From Marsupella aquatica (lineage: Eukaryota > Plantae > Marchantiophyta): a DNA stretch of 64,000 nucleotides. Numbering within the stretch: the first letter of the stretch is position 1; the number at the start of each line of letters is the position of its first letter. A model generated the notes under the pieces. The model made no database searches. It was not told where the DNA came from and was given only the letters and a program-made list of their open reading frames with translations. The position numbers were made by a program, and so were the translations under genes. Shown here one piece after another: positions 26,360-37,332 of the stretch. The stretch spans positions 7,123,808-7,187,807 of the forward strand of contig OZ316891.1 of NCBI GenBank assembly GCA_973895155.1, read 5' to 3'.

Positions 26360-27519
26360 CATAATACATACTCATCATTGAGTAAATCAGCATCTCCATC
26401 AGCCCTAGCCACATTTGCCGATGAAGATTCAGCTGTCTTTCCCTTACAGTCTCGCTTGAAGTGTCCAACTTGGTTGCACTTCCAACATGTCACCTGCCTT
26501 CTTTGAGGGGATTTTTCTCTGGACATAGATCTGGTTTTAGATCTAAACTGGGTTCTATGGTCCCCAGTTGGTCGCTGCATACTCCTCCCACGGTTAACAT
26601 TGAGGGCAGCACCAGAGGATGAAGGCTGTGACATGATGTGCATCTTCTGCTGAAGATCATCACTAAGCAGAGAACTTACCACGTCATTGTATGAAATGGT
26701 ATCCCTATCACGATGCAACAACACCCGTGATAGGGATTGGTAAGATGGAGGCAAAGAACTGAGAAGCTATAGAGCCTTCGTCTCATCATTCAAAGTCTCC
26801 CCAAGGTTTTCCAAGTCAACGACCATGTCGTTGAAAGCATCCAGGCCACATGGTCCTGCAACTTCGTACCGGATTCCTTCATCCTGAAACTCATCAATTT
26901 GTAGGAAGTATAGAGCCGGTTCGACAACTCCTTGCGGTGATACTTGCTCTACAATTTCGCAAATAAGGACATGTAGTCCTTATGTGCACCCAACTGCTTG
27001 ATGATGGGAGGAATGAGATAGAGTGTAACACACCACACTCCCTGTTCCTGCATGCGGTCCCATTGTTTCTCATCAACATCGTCTTCACGAGGGCTTAGCA
27101 GTTGGCCCATCCCTGAAGCATAGAGCACTCCCTTCACCTACTTCTCCCAGAGCAAGTAGTCAGAGCGCCCATCATACTTTGTCACTTCATACTTGGGTCC
27201 CCCAAGCTTGAATGTACCCATCTTCTTCTTTGGCACTACCGTGAGCTCCGGTAGTAGAACAACTTCCTCCATCACTCGTCGCACCGGTGATGGTACCGGT
27301 GTCACGTGCTCTTCCTCATGCTCCTCTCTCTCCACCTCAAACCGCCGCGGTGATCCTCGTGCTTCAAGTTCCACATCTTCAAAAATTTCCTCTGAATCAC
27401 TCATATGAGAAAATCACAAAAAAATGATGTTTTTCACAATTTCTCAAAAAACTCAAAACTAATCACCGCCGCGTAGCCCACGAGGCTAGGAGTCCACGAG
27501 GCTCCCCCTGGTCACTCTG

Positions 27520-27630
27520 GGTCGCCCTTGGAGCGAGGCTCCCTGGGTTGCTCTTGGAGCGAGGCGCCCTCAGGTTGCTCTTGGAGCGAGGCGCCCTCAG
27601 GTTGCTCTTGGAGCGAGGCGCCCTCTGGTC
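27520..27630. repeat. 27-bp minisatellite in the copia-1 leader
   Basis: GGTTGCTCTTGGAGCGAGGCGCCCTCA, three copies plus partial copies. Confidence 0.85.
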
Positions 27631-28480
27631 ACTTTGGGTCTCCCTAGAAACCCTGTTGCTACAAAAATCCCACCGCAATTCTCGAACAAAGTTACTGTTC
27701 ACTAACTTTGTCATTTTCCTTGTGCCCTAGGTCGCCACCGCACCTTACCTCTCCGCGGTGCACTAAATTGCCGTAGGAAATACAATTTTCCAACATCCAA
27801 CGTTGCTTGCCGCCGCCAATTCCACGAGTAAAAATGATGATCGCCGACGGGGAAATATTGCCAAATTGCACCGGCACAATCTGCGAGCTCAACAGAGAAA
27901 AAATCTTCCGTCGTGTCACACTCACTCCGCGTCAAGTGCCAATCCCGGACTCAAAATGACCGCCTTGCCGCGATCAAAACATTGAGCCGTAGCACTTCGC
28001 GTTTCTTCCTCCAAGTTGGACGTGATGACGAGTAACCCGGTTCAGATGAGAACAAGCTCCATAGCCTGTGAAAAAATCTGAACATCTCCTTCACTCGTCA
28101 TGACGCACTCGATAACCATTCGACAGCAACTCAACTACCAAAATGAACAGCTCGCTTTAACCTCCAACATGAGCTATAACATGCGACGCCTCCCGCACCG
28201 CACAACTCAAACCGTTGAAAAAATGATCTATGGTTTCTCCCCCAAAATACCGTCGAACACGAAAAAACTCCAGATCGATGCAAACTTTGATTCCTTCGCA
28301 CCACGGATACCGATCAGCGAGTTCTAACCACCATTAGAAAGCCCTCTCACTAATCTATCCATTCAGCCACACACATTCAAGTTTCATGCGACGAAACTCC
28401 GAATGTAACACCGACAATGAACGCTGGAAAACCGTCACAAAAAAGACCTCGTCACCTCCCAGGCATGCTCTGATACCAAT

Positions 28481-28825
28481 TGTTGAGCATCGATGACAAT
28501 CGCAATGGCAAGCTCATGAACCATCCAACGCACAAGAGTCGACACAGAGAGATACGTGGTGCACCTCCTTATGAGGCTACGTCCACGGGAACACACAAGA
28601 GCTTTACTGCACTCTAGACCGACCGGCCATACCAAGCATCCACAGCACAAGCTCTCTCTATCTCTCAACTAGCTCCGTAAGAATGAGCCTGAGTTCCATC
28701 TCTCCAAGCAAACACTGCTTGGTTATAGAGTGTGCACAGCATGACTAACCTAACCAAGTCTGCGACTAAGGTTAGCCTTAACTATGGTACAGTCGTAACT
28801 CTAGACCTAAGAGTAAATCCTAACA
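28481..28825 (-). repeat. 5' LTR of copia-1
   Basis: TGTTGAGC...CCTAACA, adjacent to the PBS. Confidence 0.95.
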
Positions 28826-29683
28826 CTAGTGTGGTCCCAGCAAGTGAAAGTCCACTACATTGGTAAGTGCAAAAATTTGGAAATTGTGATTCACTTCACC
28901 ATATACTCTCTTCGAGGATATGGCGCCTTGCTCTTGTGTGCCTTGTGGTTGCTGCTCATTGTATTGCACACAATCTCAAATGTCAGGTTTCTCTGTCTAG
29001 CTCCAACAATTGATCGCGATCAATACATGCATCCATGAGCAGCAGAGCTTCTTCAACTTCTCAGACACAAAGTTTTCCCTAAGATTTGCCAGTTTCAGCC
29101 ATAAACTTTGTAAACATATTGTTGGTCGGGAGCACATTTAAACTGCTGCTGAGATTCCATCCGGGTTTCAAAAATCTATCCGGACATTTTGAACTGATGG
29201 ATGCCATGGGTACTTACAAAAGTCCATCCAGGCATTTTAGACAACTTTGGATTTCATTAAGGCTTGTTACTTGTCTCGAGATTTGTCTAGACAGAGACCT
29301 TTCTAAATCTAGAATTTTGTCAAAAATCCATGTCATCTTCTAAATTTCCAAGCATGAGATCTTTGAATCAAACCATCCATATCACTTTCACATGTGAATA
29401 CTCATGTGACCCCTCGACTCAAAATGAGCCATTCCCACCATTCGATATTTTGAATCTAAGCATCCATATCACTTTCATGTGTGATACTGGTGCAAAGACT
29501 TGTGGACTTCTCAGCTCAAACTAATCCTGTCCACTCTCATATTTTTAACAAGTTTTTTTTTATCTGTGAAACCCCACAGAAAGGGGTTAGTTAGCCACAT
29601 TAGTTGGACCCAAGACCTATCAGTGTCTCTATTCAAGTGAGCTATCACAAAGTCACGCCTCTCTGGGCACCATGCTCTGATAT

Positions 29684-30536
29684 TTACGGACCCCACTAGA
29701 GGTCCCTTCCAAAATTCCTGGCACCACAATGTGCCATGTCATCAACAACCGCAACAAACAAGACTCGTCGGTTTTGTGAATCAAACTTATAGTTTACATT
29801 CGTGTTTGTGTCAATTTGGGTGTAAATTTTGGGACGCTGTGTCGTAAAAAGAAAAGTAAAAACATTGGAAATGCAAAGAGCAAGACGGTTAAAACTGTCA
29901 CTATGTAACCATTTTAGTTACATTTCCAATTTTAAAACTTAAATTCAAAGATTTATAAAAAGTATTTTTCATATAATACATAATGACTAATAACTAACTT
30001 GATAACTTCCTTGTTAAACCGCAACTCCCGGTATGTAAGGACCTCTCGTATTGTACGGCCATTAATGCTAGGAAGAGGACATAGAAACCCAGGATCGGGG
30101 AGGAGGAATGGCTGGAATCCTGAAAGTTCATCGAATTTTATACTCAAAACTATTTACTCATTCTCAAAACAAAAAATACCCAGTCGTAGATCTCATTGAG
30201 ATCTTTCTTTTGCACCCTAAATTGCCTTCTAACATGGATGAATAAGATTTCTAGAGGCATTACAAAATGGACGGCAAAGATCGTAAAATCAACAAAATTG
30301 ACGGCTAGGAAGGCTTGGATTTGTTTCATTTTTCATTTGAAAAATATTAATCCATTTGCAAAACGGACAGAACCCATCCATAGATCTATTTGAGATCTTT
30401 CTTTTGAGCCATAGATTGGCCATTATGATGGACGGACGAGATTTTCGGAGATAAGAAATGGAGACGGCTCAGATCAACTCTTCCCCCTGATTTTATTAGC
30501 CAAGGGGTCCACGAACTAATTAATATAATTACTCTA
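29684..30536 (+). repeat. Left arm of the ~850-bp inverted repeat flanking UPF2 (TE-derived, Mutator-like end)
   Basis: Reverse complement of 37333-38183. The spurious ORFs 29999-30393 (+) and 37468-37862 (-) are near-identical. Confidence 0.92.
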
Positions 30537-31849
30537 GGTTATGTTTCTTACAGGCCTCTCATCAATAAGCAATAATTCAGATAGTGGTTAGGCTTGGGAA
30601 TGAAGGGTAACAATAAAAAACCATAGTCTTCTTTTGCCTGCTTTCTGGGTACAACGTGGATTAAATGGCAAAATCACCCAAGAACCCTGAAAAGTCAATA
30701 TAGGAGTGCCATCTGGATTTGCCTCCTGAACTGAACATGAATTCTAATTCTCCTGGTTCCATAGTTTAAGTTTAACAAAGGCACACCACTGAAAAGTCAG
30801 TGTTTACAGCAGGATACTTAGAATGTTCTTAAATTTTACATTCTAGGTTCATAAAGACCCCAAAATATCTTCTTAATGTTGCCCAAAATATTGTTTATTT
30901 ATTGTGCAAACTGAGATGCCACTAGAGGTACTAGTTTTTCCTCAATCTGTGGAAGGACAATAAATATGTAAAACAGAATGAGAAATTCATAAAGATGTGT
31001 GTTTATAAAACACTGCCATAGCAGTAGTCAGGATCCATATGGCAAGAAGCCCAAATATAGGGTGGAAACAAAGGAAAAGCTTGTGAACACCAAAGAGCCC
31101 GAAAAATCTCACCAACAGCCAAAAAAACTAATGCTCTACTGAGCAACAAACTGAAAAGTCTGGTAGAGCTCCATAGTGACTCCCTGTGATTATCATGTGG
31201 ATGATCACAAATCCACCACATTAAAAATTCTTCTCCACCACTGCGCGCCTTGCTCCTTTCTCTGTTTTATAAAGGAAACAAGAGTTTTCTATTATTATGC
31301 GCGTGAATGTGTGGGTGGGTGTAGTGGTGGGAGTATTGGTTTCTCTTCAACCCCAGTTGGTTGCTTTGGGGCCTGGTTTCTCCCTCCCTGTCTGGATCAG
31401 GATCTCTGGGTGTTGCCACTTGTGGCTACCCTACACAAAATTGTATACTTCTGAGCATGCAGACTTAGTCCATCCTCTGTTGGATGGGTCTACTTCAAGG
31501 CCTAACAAAAAGGGGGGGTGGGGGTGGGGGGGAGGGGGTGTGGGTGTGGGGGAAGGTTTACTATTTGTATATGTAATATATACTGGCTGGATTTGTGAGC
31601 ATCCTCATCTTTCGCGGCAATGGAATAATATAGTAAACCTTTGTTTACTCCAAAAACCCAGAGAAAGAAGAGAGCATTAGAAAACTCGAGGTCTCTCAAA
31701 TCAACGAGAAGATGTCGTTAGAAGGATCTGCAGAAAGGACACTACTCGAGATCTCGACGAGGAATTGCGGTGTCATACGTTCCACACTGCAATCCCAACG
31801 ACGGTTCTCTCGAAAGGAAGATGGTCGCGAAGTTTATTGCGGAGAGGCC

Positions 31850-32095
31850 TTGAGGTGCGGTTGGTGTGGTATGTCCAATCCCAAGGTTTTCCTCAAACAG
31901 AAAGCTGAGGGGAAACTTCACAGAGAGGAATTGAGGTTTTCAACGAGGAAAAGTTGAGAGAGAGAAGTTATGGTTGGTGTGGTATGTTCAATCCCAAGGT
32001 TTTTCTCAAATAGAAAGCTGAGGGGAAAGTTCACTGAGCGCATTTGAGGTCTCGACGAGGGGGTCGTGGCTGGTGTCGCATGTCCAATCCCAAGA
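31850..32095. repeat. Three degenerate ~110-bp direct repeats upstream of UPF2
   Basis: GG(T/C)TGGTGT(G/C)G(T/C)ATGT(C/T)CAATCCCAAG at ~31859, 31972 and 32068. Confidence 0.75.
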
Positions 32096-32370
32096 GGGTT
32101 GCACGCGCAAGGAAGGCGGAAAGGAAGAAGAAAGGCAGGGCCGCTGCTGTTCAGGGAAGAAGAATTGACTTAATCAAGCTTTCCGACGGAGGCCCGGCGG
32201 GTTATGAAGCGCGAGAGCACCTCGGCGAGTGGTGGTGGTGGTGGAGAGATCGATTTGGAGAGGGACGACGACGGAGGGACTGGGAGAAGACGAGAAAGAG
32301 GAGGCAGAGAGAGGTGGAGAGGGCATGAGGAGTGATTCAGGTGAATTGATTTAGTGTAAGGAGGAGAAAA

Positions 32371-35300
32371 ATGGGAGTAGACATGGAGAAATCGTCCTCC
32401 AATAATAACAATAACAATAACAATAGCAATAGCAGCGGCGGGGAGCCCGAGTCCGGGCAGAAGAGGGACACGCAGGGGCGAGTGGAGGAGATGAAGAAGT
32501 TGGCCGGAACGAAACTGAAGCTGCGGCACGCCAATTTGTCCCCCGCCAGACCCGACGTGACCTTCTTCCGAACCCTGGACTCCAGCATCAAGCGCAACAC
32601 GGCCCTGATCAAGAAACTGAAGCAAATCAACGAGGAGCAGCAGGAAGGGCTGCTGGACGAGCTCAGATCCGTCAACCTGAGCAAGTTCGTCACGGAAGCC
32701 GTCACGGCGGTCTGTGAGGCGAAGCTGCGAACGTCCGACATCAATGCAGCTGTCCAGGTTTGCTCCCTAATCCACCAGAGGTATAAAGACTTCTCGCCGA
32801 ATCTTATCCAGGGCTTGGTGAAGACGTTCTTCCCGGGCAAGATGGCTGAGGAGCCGATGGAGGGCGACCGGAGCTCTCGGGCCATGAGGAAGCGGAGCAC
32901 CTTTCGGCTGCTGGTAGAATTGTATTTCTGTGGTGTGTTTGACGATGCTGGAATTTTTGTAGGTATCATCAAAGATTTAACTAATTCGGACCACTTGCGG
33001 GATCGAGAGGTCACACATACTAATTTATCTCTGCTTGTGAGCTTCGCGAGACAAGCAAGGGTTCTCTTGGGACTCCCCCTGGGCAATCAGGATGCGCAGG
33101 AAGAGATTTACAAAGAGCTCAATGTCGCGCCTGAGCAGAAAAAGCTCCTTAGAAAGTTGTTTCTCTCTTTTTATGAATCAGTACTGGAGCTGCTGCTCTC
33201 AGAGCATGAAGCGCTGCGGGTGTTGGAACTGGAAAACGTCCGGATCCTCAATGCCAAAGGGGAGCTAAGTGAAGAGAATTCATCCTCTTATGAGAAACTG
33301 CGAAAGTCTTATGAGCATCTCTTCAGAAGCGTTTCCTCGTTGGCTGAAGTGCTTGACATTCAACCACCAGCTATGCCTGAGGATGGGCGCACAACAAGGG
33401 TCTTATCGGGTGATGACGGGGCAGTGCAATCGGTGCCAAAAGATCTCTCTACTCCAGAGCCAATTTGGGACGATGAGGACACACGATCGTTTTACGAAAG
33501 CTTGCCGGATTTAAGGGCTTTCGTTCCAGCAGTATTGTTGGGAGAAGCAGAGCACAAGGCTGACTCAACCCAGAAGTCGACAGAGCAGCACGATGGCCAC
33601 ACCAATTCTGAGCAGGCGTCTGCTGGCAGCATTGTGCCCGATTTGCAAGAGGAAACGCCGAAACTGGAGAATTCAACCGAACCCTCTGTGGTTGAAGTGA
33701 AGGCCCAGAATCCTGAAAATTCCAAAGAGAAAGAGAAAGAGAAAGACGAGAAGGAGAAAATTCAGGAGACTGAGAAAGTGAAGGGAGAAAAGAAAGCAGA
33801 CAAGGAGAGTGATAAAGAGAAAATTAAGGGCTTGGAGGGGGCCAGCCTAGACAGCCTTCTCCAACGGCTTCCCGGCTGTGTGAGCCGTGATCTCATCGAC
33901 CAATTAACCGTCGAATTTTGCTATCTGAATTCGAAGAGCAACCGCAAGAAGCTTGTCCGCGCTCTTTTCAATGTGCCAAGGACGTCTCTGGAACTGATCC
34001 CCTACTACTCAAGAATGGTGGCCACTTTGAGCACTTGTATGAAGGATGTTGCACCCATCATACTGCAGTGGCTGGAAGAAGAGTTCAATTTTCTGATGAC
34101 AAAAAAGGATCAAATGAATATTGAGACAAAGATCCGCAACATCAGATTCTTAGGAGAGCTGGCCAAATTCAAAACTGCATCCCCTGGGCTAATATTTAGC
34201 TGCCTGAAATGCTGTTTGGATGACTTCACTCACCACAACATTGATGTCGCCTGCAACCTGCTGGAGACCTGTGGACGCTTCCTCTATAGATCACCGGAAT
34301 CGTCCGTGCGGATGGGCAATATGCTCGAGATTATCATGCGGTTAAAAAATGTGAAAAACCTCGACGCTCGCCATAGTACACTAGTCGAGAATGCATATTA
34401 CCAGTGCAAACCACCTGAAAGGTCTGCCAGAGTTTTGAAAGTACGTCCGCCGCTCCATCAGTACATTCGGAAGCTGCTATTTTCGGATCTGGATAAGTCA
34501 TCGATCGAGCGAGTATTGAGGCAGCTTCGAAAGCTGCCGTGGTGTGAGTGCGAGCTATATCTTCTCCATTGCTTCATGAAGTTTTACAAGGGCAAATATA
34601 ATCAGGTGCATTTGATTGCATCTTTGACAGCAGGTCTCAGCCGCTATCATGATGGATTTGCAGTTGCTGTTGTTGATGAGGTACTGGAGGCGATAAGAGT
34701 TGGGCTTGAGATGAATGATTTTGGAATGCAGCAGAGAAGGATTGCATATATGCGGTTTCTGGGAGAGTTGTACAGTTATCGATTGCTCGACTCGTCTGTC
34801 ATTTTTGACACTCTTTACTTGCTGATTTTTTTTGGTTACGGGACTCCCATGCAAGATACACTGGATCCAGCAGAAGACTGTTTCCGGCTCCGGATGATTA
34901 TCACCCTGCTTGGGACTTGTGGACAGTTTTTTGATCGTGGTTCTTCCAAGAGAAGACTGGATAGATTTCTGCTTTACTTCCAGCGATATGTTTTGAGCAA
35001 AGGGGTCATTCCTCTTGATGTAGAGTTTGACCTTCAAGACCTCTTTGCAGATCTACGACCGAAAATGGTCCGATTTTCTTCATATGAGGAAGCAAATCAT
35101 GCTCTGCAGGAGTTGGAAGAGATCGAGTTGAGCAGGGTGTCTGGAAAGAAGTCGGGCAATCAAAAGCACCAAACTACCGATGATCAAGGGCAGGTTCGGA
35201 CACCCGCTGCTGATGATGGAAGAGACGCGGCCGGTCTGGATCAAAGAGGTGGGGAAGTCCTGCCAACTAGTGAAAGATTTGGGACTGATAGCTTGGTTGA

Positions 35301-36042
35301 TGAGGGGGAGAGTGATAGTGAGTCAGAGAGTGATAGTATGGAGCCAGATGGTCATGAAGAAGAAGAGGAGCTCGAAGAGGAAAAGTATACTGAACAGGAC
35401 GATGAAGATGAGGAGGAGGACGAGCAAGTAAATATAGATGGTGTTGGGTCTGAGGAGGAAGAGCATGTGAAAGTGAAACAAAAGAAGGTAGTGGAGACCG
35501 ATCCAGCACAAGCTGAGGAGTTCGAACGAGAGTTTCGGGCTTTAATGCAAGAGAGCTTAGAATCACGGAAGCTGGAAATGAGGTCAAGGCCAACACTGAA
35601 CATGATGATACCCATGAATCTTTTTGATGGTAGTAGGGATTCACATGTACGATTCATGGATGGGGAAAGTGGTGACGAAGTACAGGATGAGCAAGGTGGA
35701 AGCAGTGTTAAGTTTAGGGTTCTTGTTAAGAAGGGCAACAAGCAACACACAAAACAATTGCATATCCCGCGTGATTGCTCACTGGTCAAGAGCACCAAAC
35801 AGAAAGAGGCAGCTGAGCTAGAGGAGAAGCAGGATATCAAAAGGCTTGTACTAGAGTACAATGAGAGAGAGGAGGAGGACAGAGCTGGGTCAGCTCCGCA
35901 CCCCACCAACTGGTCTGGTATGTCCACCCAAAATTCTGGTGGCAGGGGCTCAGGTCCAAAGGGTGGTTGGGATAGTAATGCACGGCTAAGGAATCCTCGT
36001 CAGAGGCGTCCACTGGCGGCAGGACTCGGTCACCGAAGATAA
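32371..36042 (+). CDS. UPF2: Regulator of nonsense transcripts UPF2, intronless, 1223 aa
   Basis: Uninterrupted ORF with LDSSIKRNTALIKKLK, IWDDEDTRSFYESLPDLR, CYLNSKSNRKKL, NIRFLGELAKF, NLLETCGRFL (MIF4G domains), an acidic tract and the C-terminal UPF1-binding region EEKQDIKRLVLEY. Confidence 0.97.
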   Translation: MGVDMEKSSSNNNNNNNNSNSSGGEPESGQKRDTQGRVEEMKKLAGTKLKLRHANLSPARPDVTFFRTLDSSIKRNTALIKKLKQINEEQQEGLLDELRSVNLSKFVTEAVTAVCEAKLRTSDINAAVQVCSLIHQRYKDFSPNLIQGLVKTFFPGKMAEEPMEGDRSSRAMRKRSTFRLLVELYFCGVFDDAGIFVGIIKDLTNSDHLRDREVTHTNLSLLVSFARQARVLLGLPLGNQDAQEEIYKELNVAPEQKKLLRKLFLSFYESVLELLLSEHEALRVLELENVRILNAKGELSEENSSSYEKLRKSYEHLFRSVSSLAEVLDIQPPAMPEDGRTTRVLSGDDGAVQSVPKDLSTPEPIWDDEDTRSFYESLPDLRAFVPAVLLGEAEHKADSTQKSTEQHDGHTNSEQASAGSIVPDLQEETPKLENSTEPSVVEVKAQNPENSKEKEKEKDEKEKIQETEKVKGEKKADKESDKEKIKGLEGASLDSLLQRLPGCVSRDLIDQLTVEFCYLNSKSNRKKLVRALFNVPRTSLELIPYYSRMVATLSTCMKDVAPIILQWLEEEFNFLMTKKDQMNIETKIRNIRFLGELAKFKTASPGLIFSCLKCCLDDFTHHNIDVACNLLETCGRFLYRSPESSVRMGNMLEIIMRLKNVKNLDARHSTLVENAYYQCKPPERSARVLKVRPPLHQYIRKLLFSDLDKSSIERVLRQLRKLPWCECELYLLHCFMKFYKGKYNQVHLIASLTAGLSRYHDGFAVAVVDEVLEAIRVGLEMNDFGMQQRRIAYMRFLGELYSYRLLDSSVIFDTLYLLIFFGYGTPMQDTLDPAEDCFRLRMIITLLGTCGQFFDRGSSKRRLDRFLLYFQRYVLSKGVIPLDVEFDLQDLFADLRPKMVRFSSYEEANHALQELEEIELSRVSGKKSGNQKHQTTDDQGQVRTPAADDGRDAAGLDQRGGEVLPTSERFGTDSLVDEGESDSESESDSMEPDGHEEEEELEEEKYTEQDDEDEEEDEQVNIDGVGSEEEEHVKVKQKKVVETDPAQAEEFEREFRALMQESLESRKLEMRSRPTLNMMIPMNLFDGSRDSHVRFMDGESGDEVQDEQGGSSVKFRVLVKKGNKQHTKQLHIPRDCSLVKSTKQKEAAELEEKQDIKRLVLEYNEREEEDRAGSAPHPTNWSGMSTQNSGGRGSGPKGGWDSNARLRNPRQRRPLAAGLGHRR

Positions 36043-36329
36043 TAGAGCAAAGCGAATGAAACTATTTTAAAATATTTCCACGGCTGTCATTATTGAGCCT
36101 TCAACTTCAACAAATAAATGGCCATGTAAGGTTTTGCGTTCCATTGGATGCCTGGCCTTAATCGAGAATGATGTTCAGTTCATCACATTAACCAGATCTA
36201 CGTTAAGCTGGAGGTTCTGGAAGTGGAGGATCCTCCGTTGCAATCTGCCATCAGTTCCCTCCTTGAGTCACTTGCAATGATACTTCGTCCTTGATTGCAT
36301 ACTGTCTTGATTTCGTTCCGAATAATTTC

Positions 36330-36406
36330 GATGGTTTTGTAGTATGGTTGTAACTCATACTTCTACGGTTTTGTAGTATGAGTTACAACCATACTACAAA
36401 ACCATC
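36330..36406. repeat. Perfect 32-bp inverted repeat (hairpin, 13-nt loop) downstream of UPF2
   Basis: GATGGTTTTGTAGTATGGTTGTAACTCATACT (36330-36361) and its exact reverse complement (36375-36406). Confidence 0.95.
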
Positions 36407-37332
36407 CTACTGTCCCTGGTAGATGCGTAGTTATTGATGAATCGCCTTTGTTGGTTTTAGTGAAGAGGCACTTAGTTTTGATGATCTAGAGTCATTCACT
36501 CGCAAGTGAGACATCATACCCCCAAGATCTGCATGGATTAATGCACTCGTCGATCCATCGCTCCGAAATTTAATGGATGTGCAACCGCAGGTGTTGCAGA
36601 CGGCGTCTTGGATGCCGAAGTTTCAGTTTTCCTCGGATTCTGCCCTTTCATTTGCATAAAGTAGTCTTGCATGCAATTATGTTCAAAGCGAGGACAACGT
36701 GAGGGTCGTTCAGTATCTGAGGCTTCCTCGTGTTACACTAAGTTCCTCTGAGGATGCGTTTCACAGGTCCATTCAGATGGAAATTCATGCCCAGCAGGCT
36801 CATCAGAAGCTGCTTGAAGACAGCACCAAGCCTCCCTTCCCAAATGAGACAGTATGATTAGGCAATGACTGAAATCTTCAGCTGAAAACTGTCTCCTCTT
36901 GCAAAGCCAGTCACAAAGGGATGCTCGATCCCTTTAGAAAATCCTCAACCCAACTGGGTTTTGCTTACTACTAAGTTTTGCTTTGTGGGTACATTAAATA
37001 CCCACTCTGAAAACGAAAACGTCCTCTTTAAGTTCACTGAAAACAAAAACGTCCTTTTTTAGTTCACCACGAAGTAACACCAGAAAAAACCAGGTACCAA
37101 AAATCCAGATACCAAAAAACCTGATACTAAAATCTTGATAGCATTCTAGTGAGTGGGTTGGACCTGAGTTTTAAATTTGCATTTCCTTCACGGGGTTTGT
37201 CAACACCCTCTTATAGTAACAAACCCGTAGGATTGAGATGCTCTTAGGATGTACTTTTCTCATTTGCCCAACTGCCCTATCAAACCCCTGAGAAGTACAC
37301 TAGGAGATCTACTAATTACTCACTCTGGGTTT

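Larger units (their letters stand above)
20146..28825 (-). mobile_element. Full-length, defective Ty1/copia LTR retrotransposon (copia-1) with two nested insertions
   Basis: 345-bp TG...CA LTRs at 20146-20490 and 28481-28825; TSD CTAGT at 20141-20145 and 28826-28830; PBS TGGTATCAGAGC (tRNA-iMet type, minus strand 28467-28478); PPT AGGGGGAGAT (20491-20500). Minus-strand order gag (CWKCNQVGHFKRDC), protease (WILD), integrase (SDNGGEY), RT (KARLVAKG, YVDDML), RNase H (HIDVRYHF). Several in-frame stops. Confidence 0.97.

Noticed and set aside
29671-29682. PBS-like CATGCTCTGATA beside the left inverted-repeat arm
   Set aside because: It lacks the CCA and an adjacent TG-starting LTR, so it is probably chance or an unrecognisable remnant.
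32170-35927. Long antisense ORFs over UPF2 (249, 191, 160 and 151 aa)
   Set aside because: Shadow frames caused by codon bias and low-complexity tracts of the sense gene.
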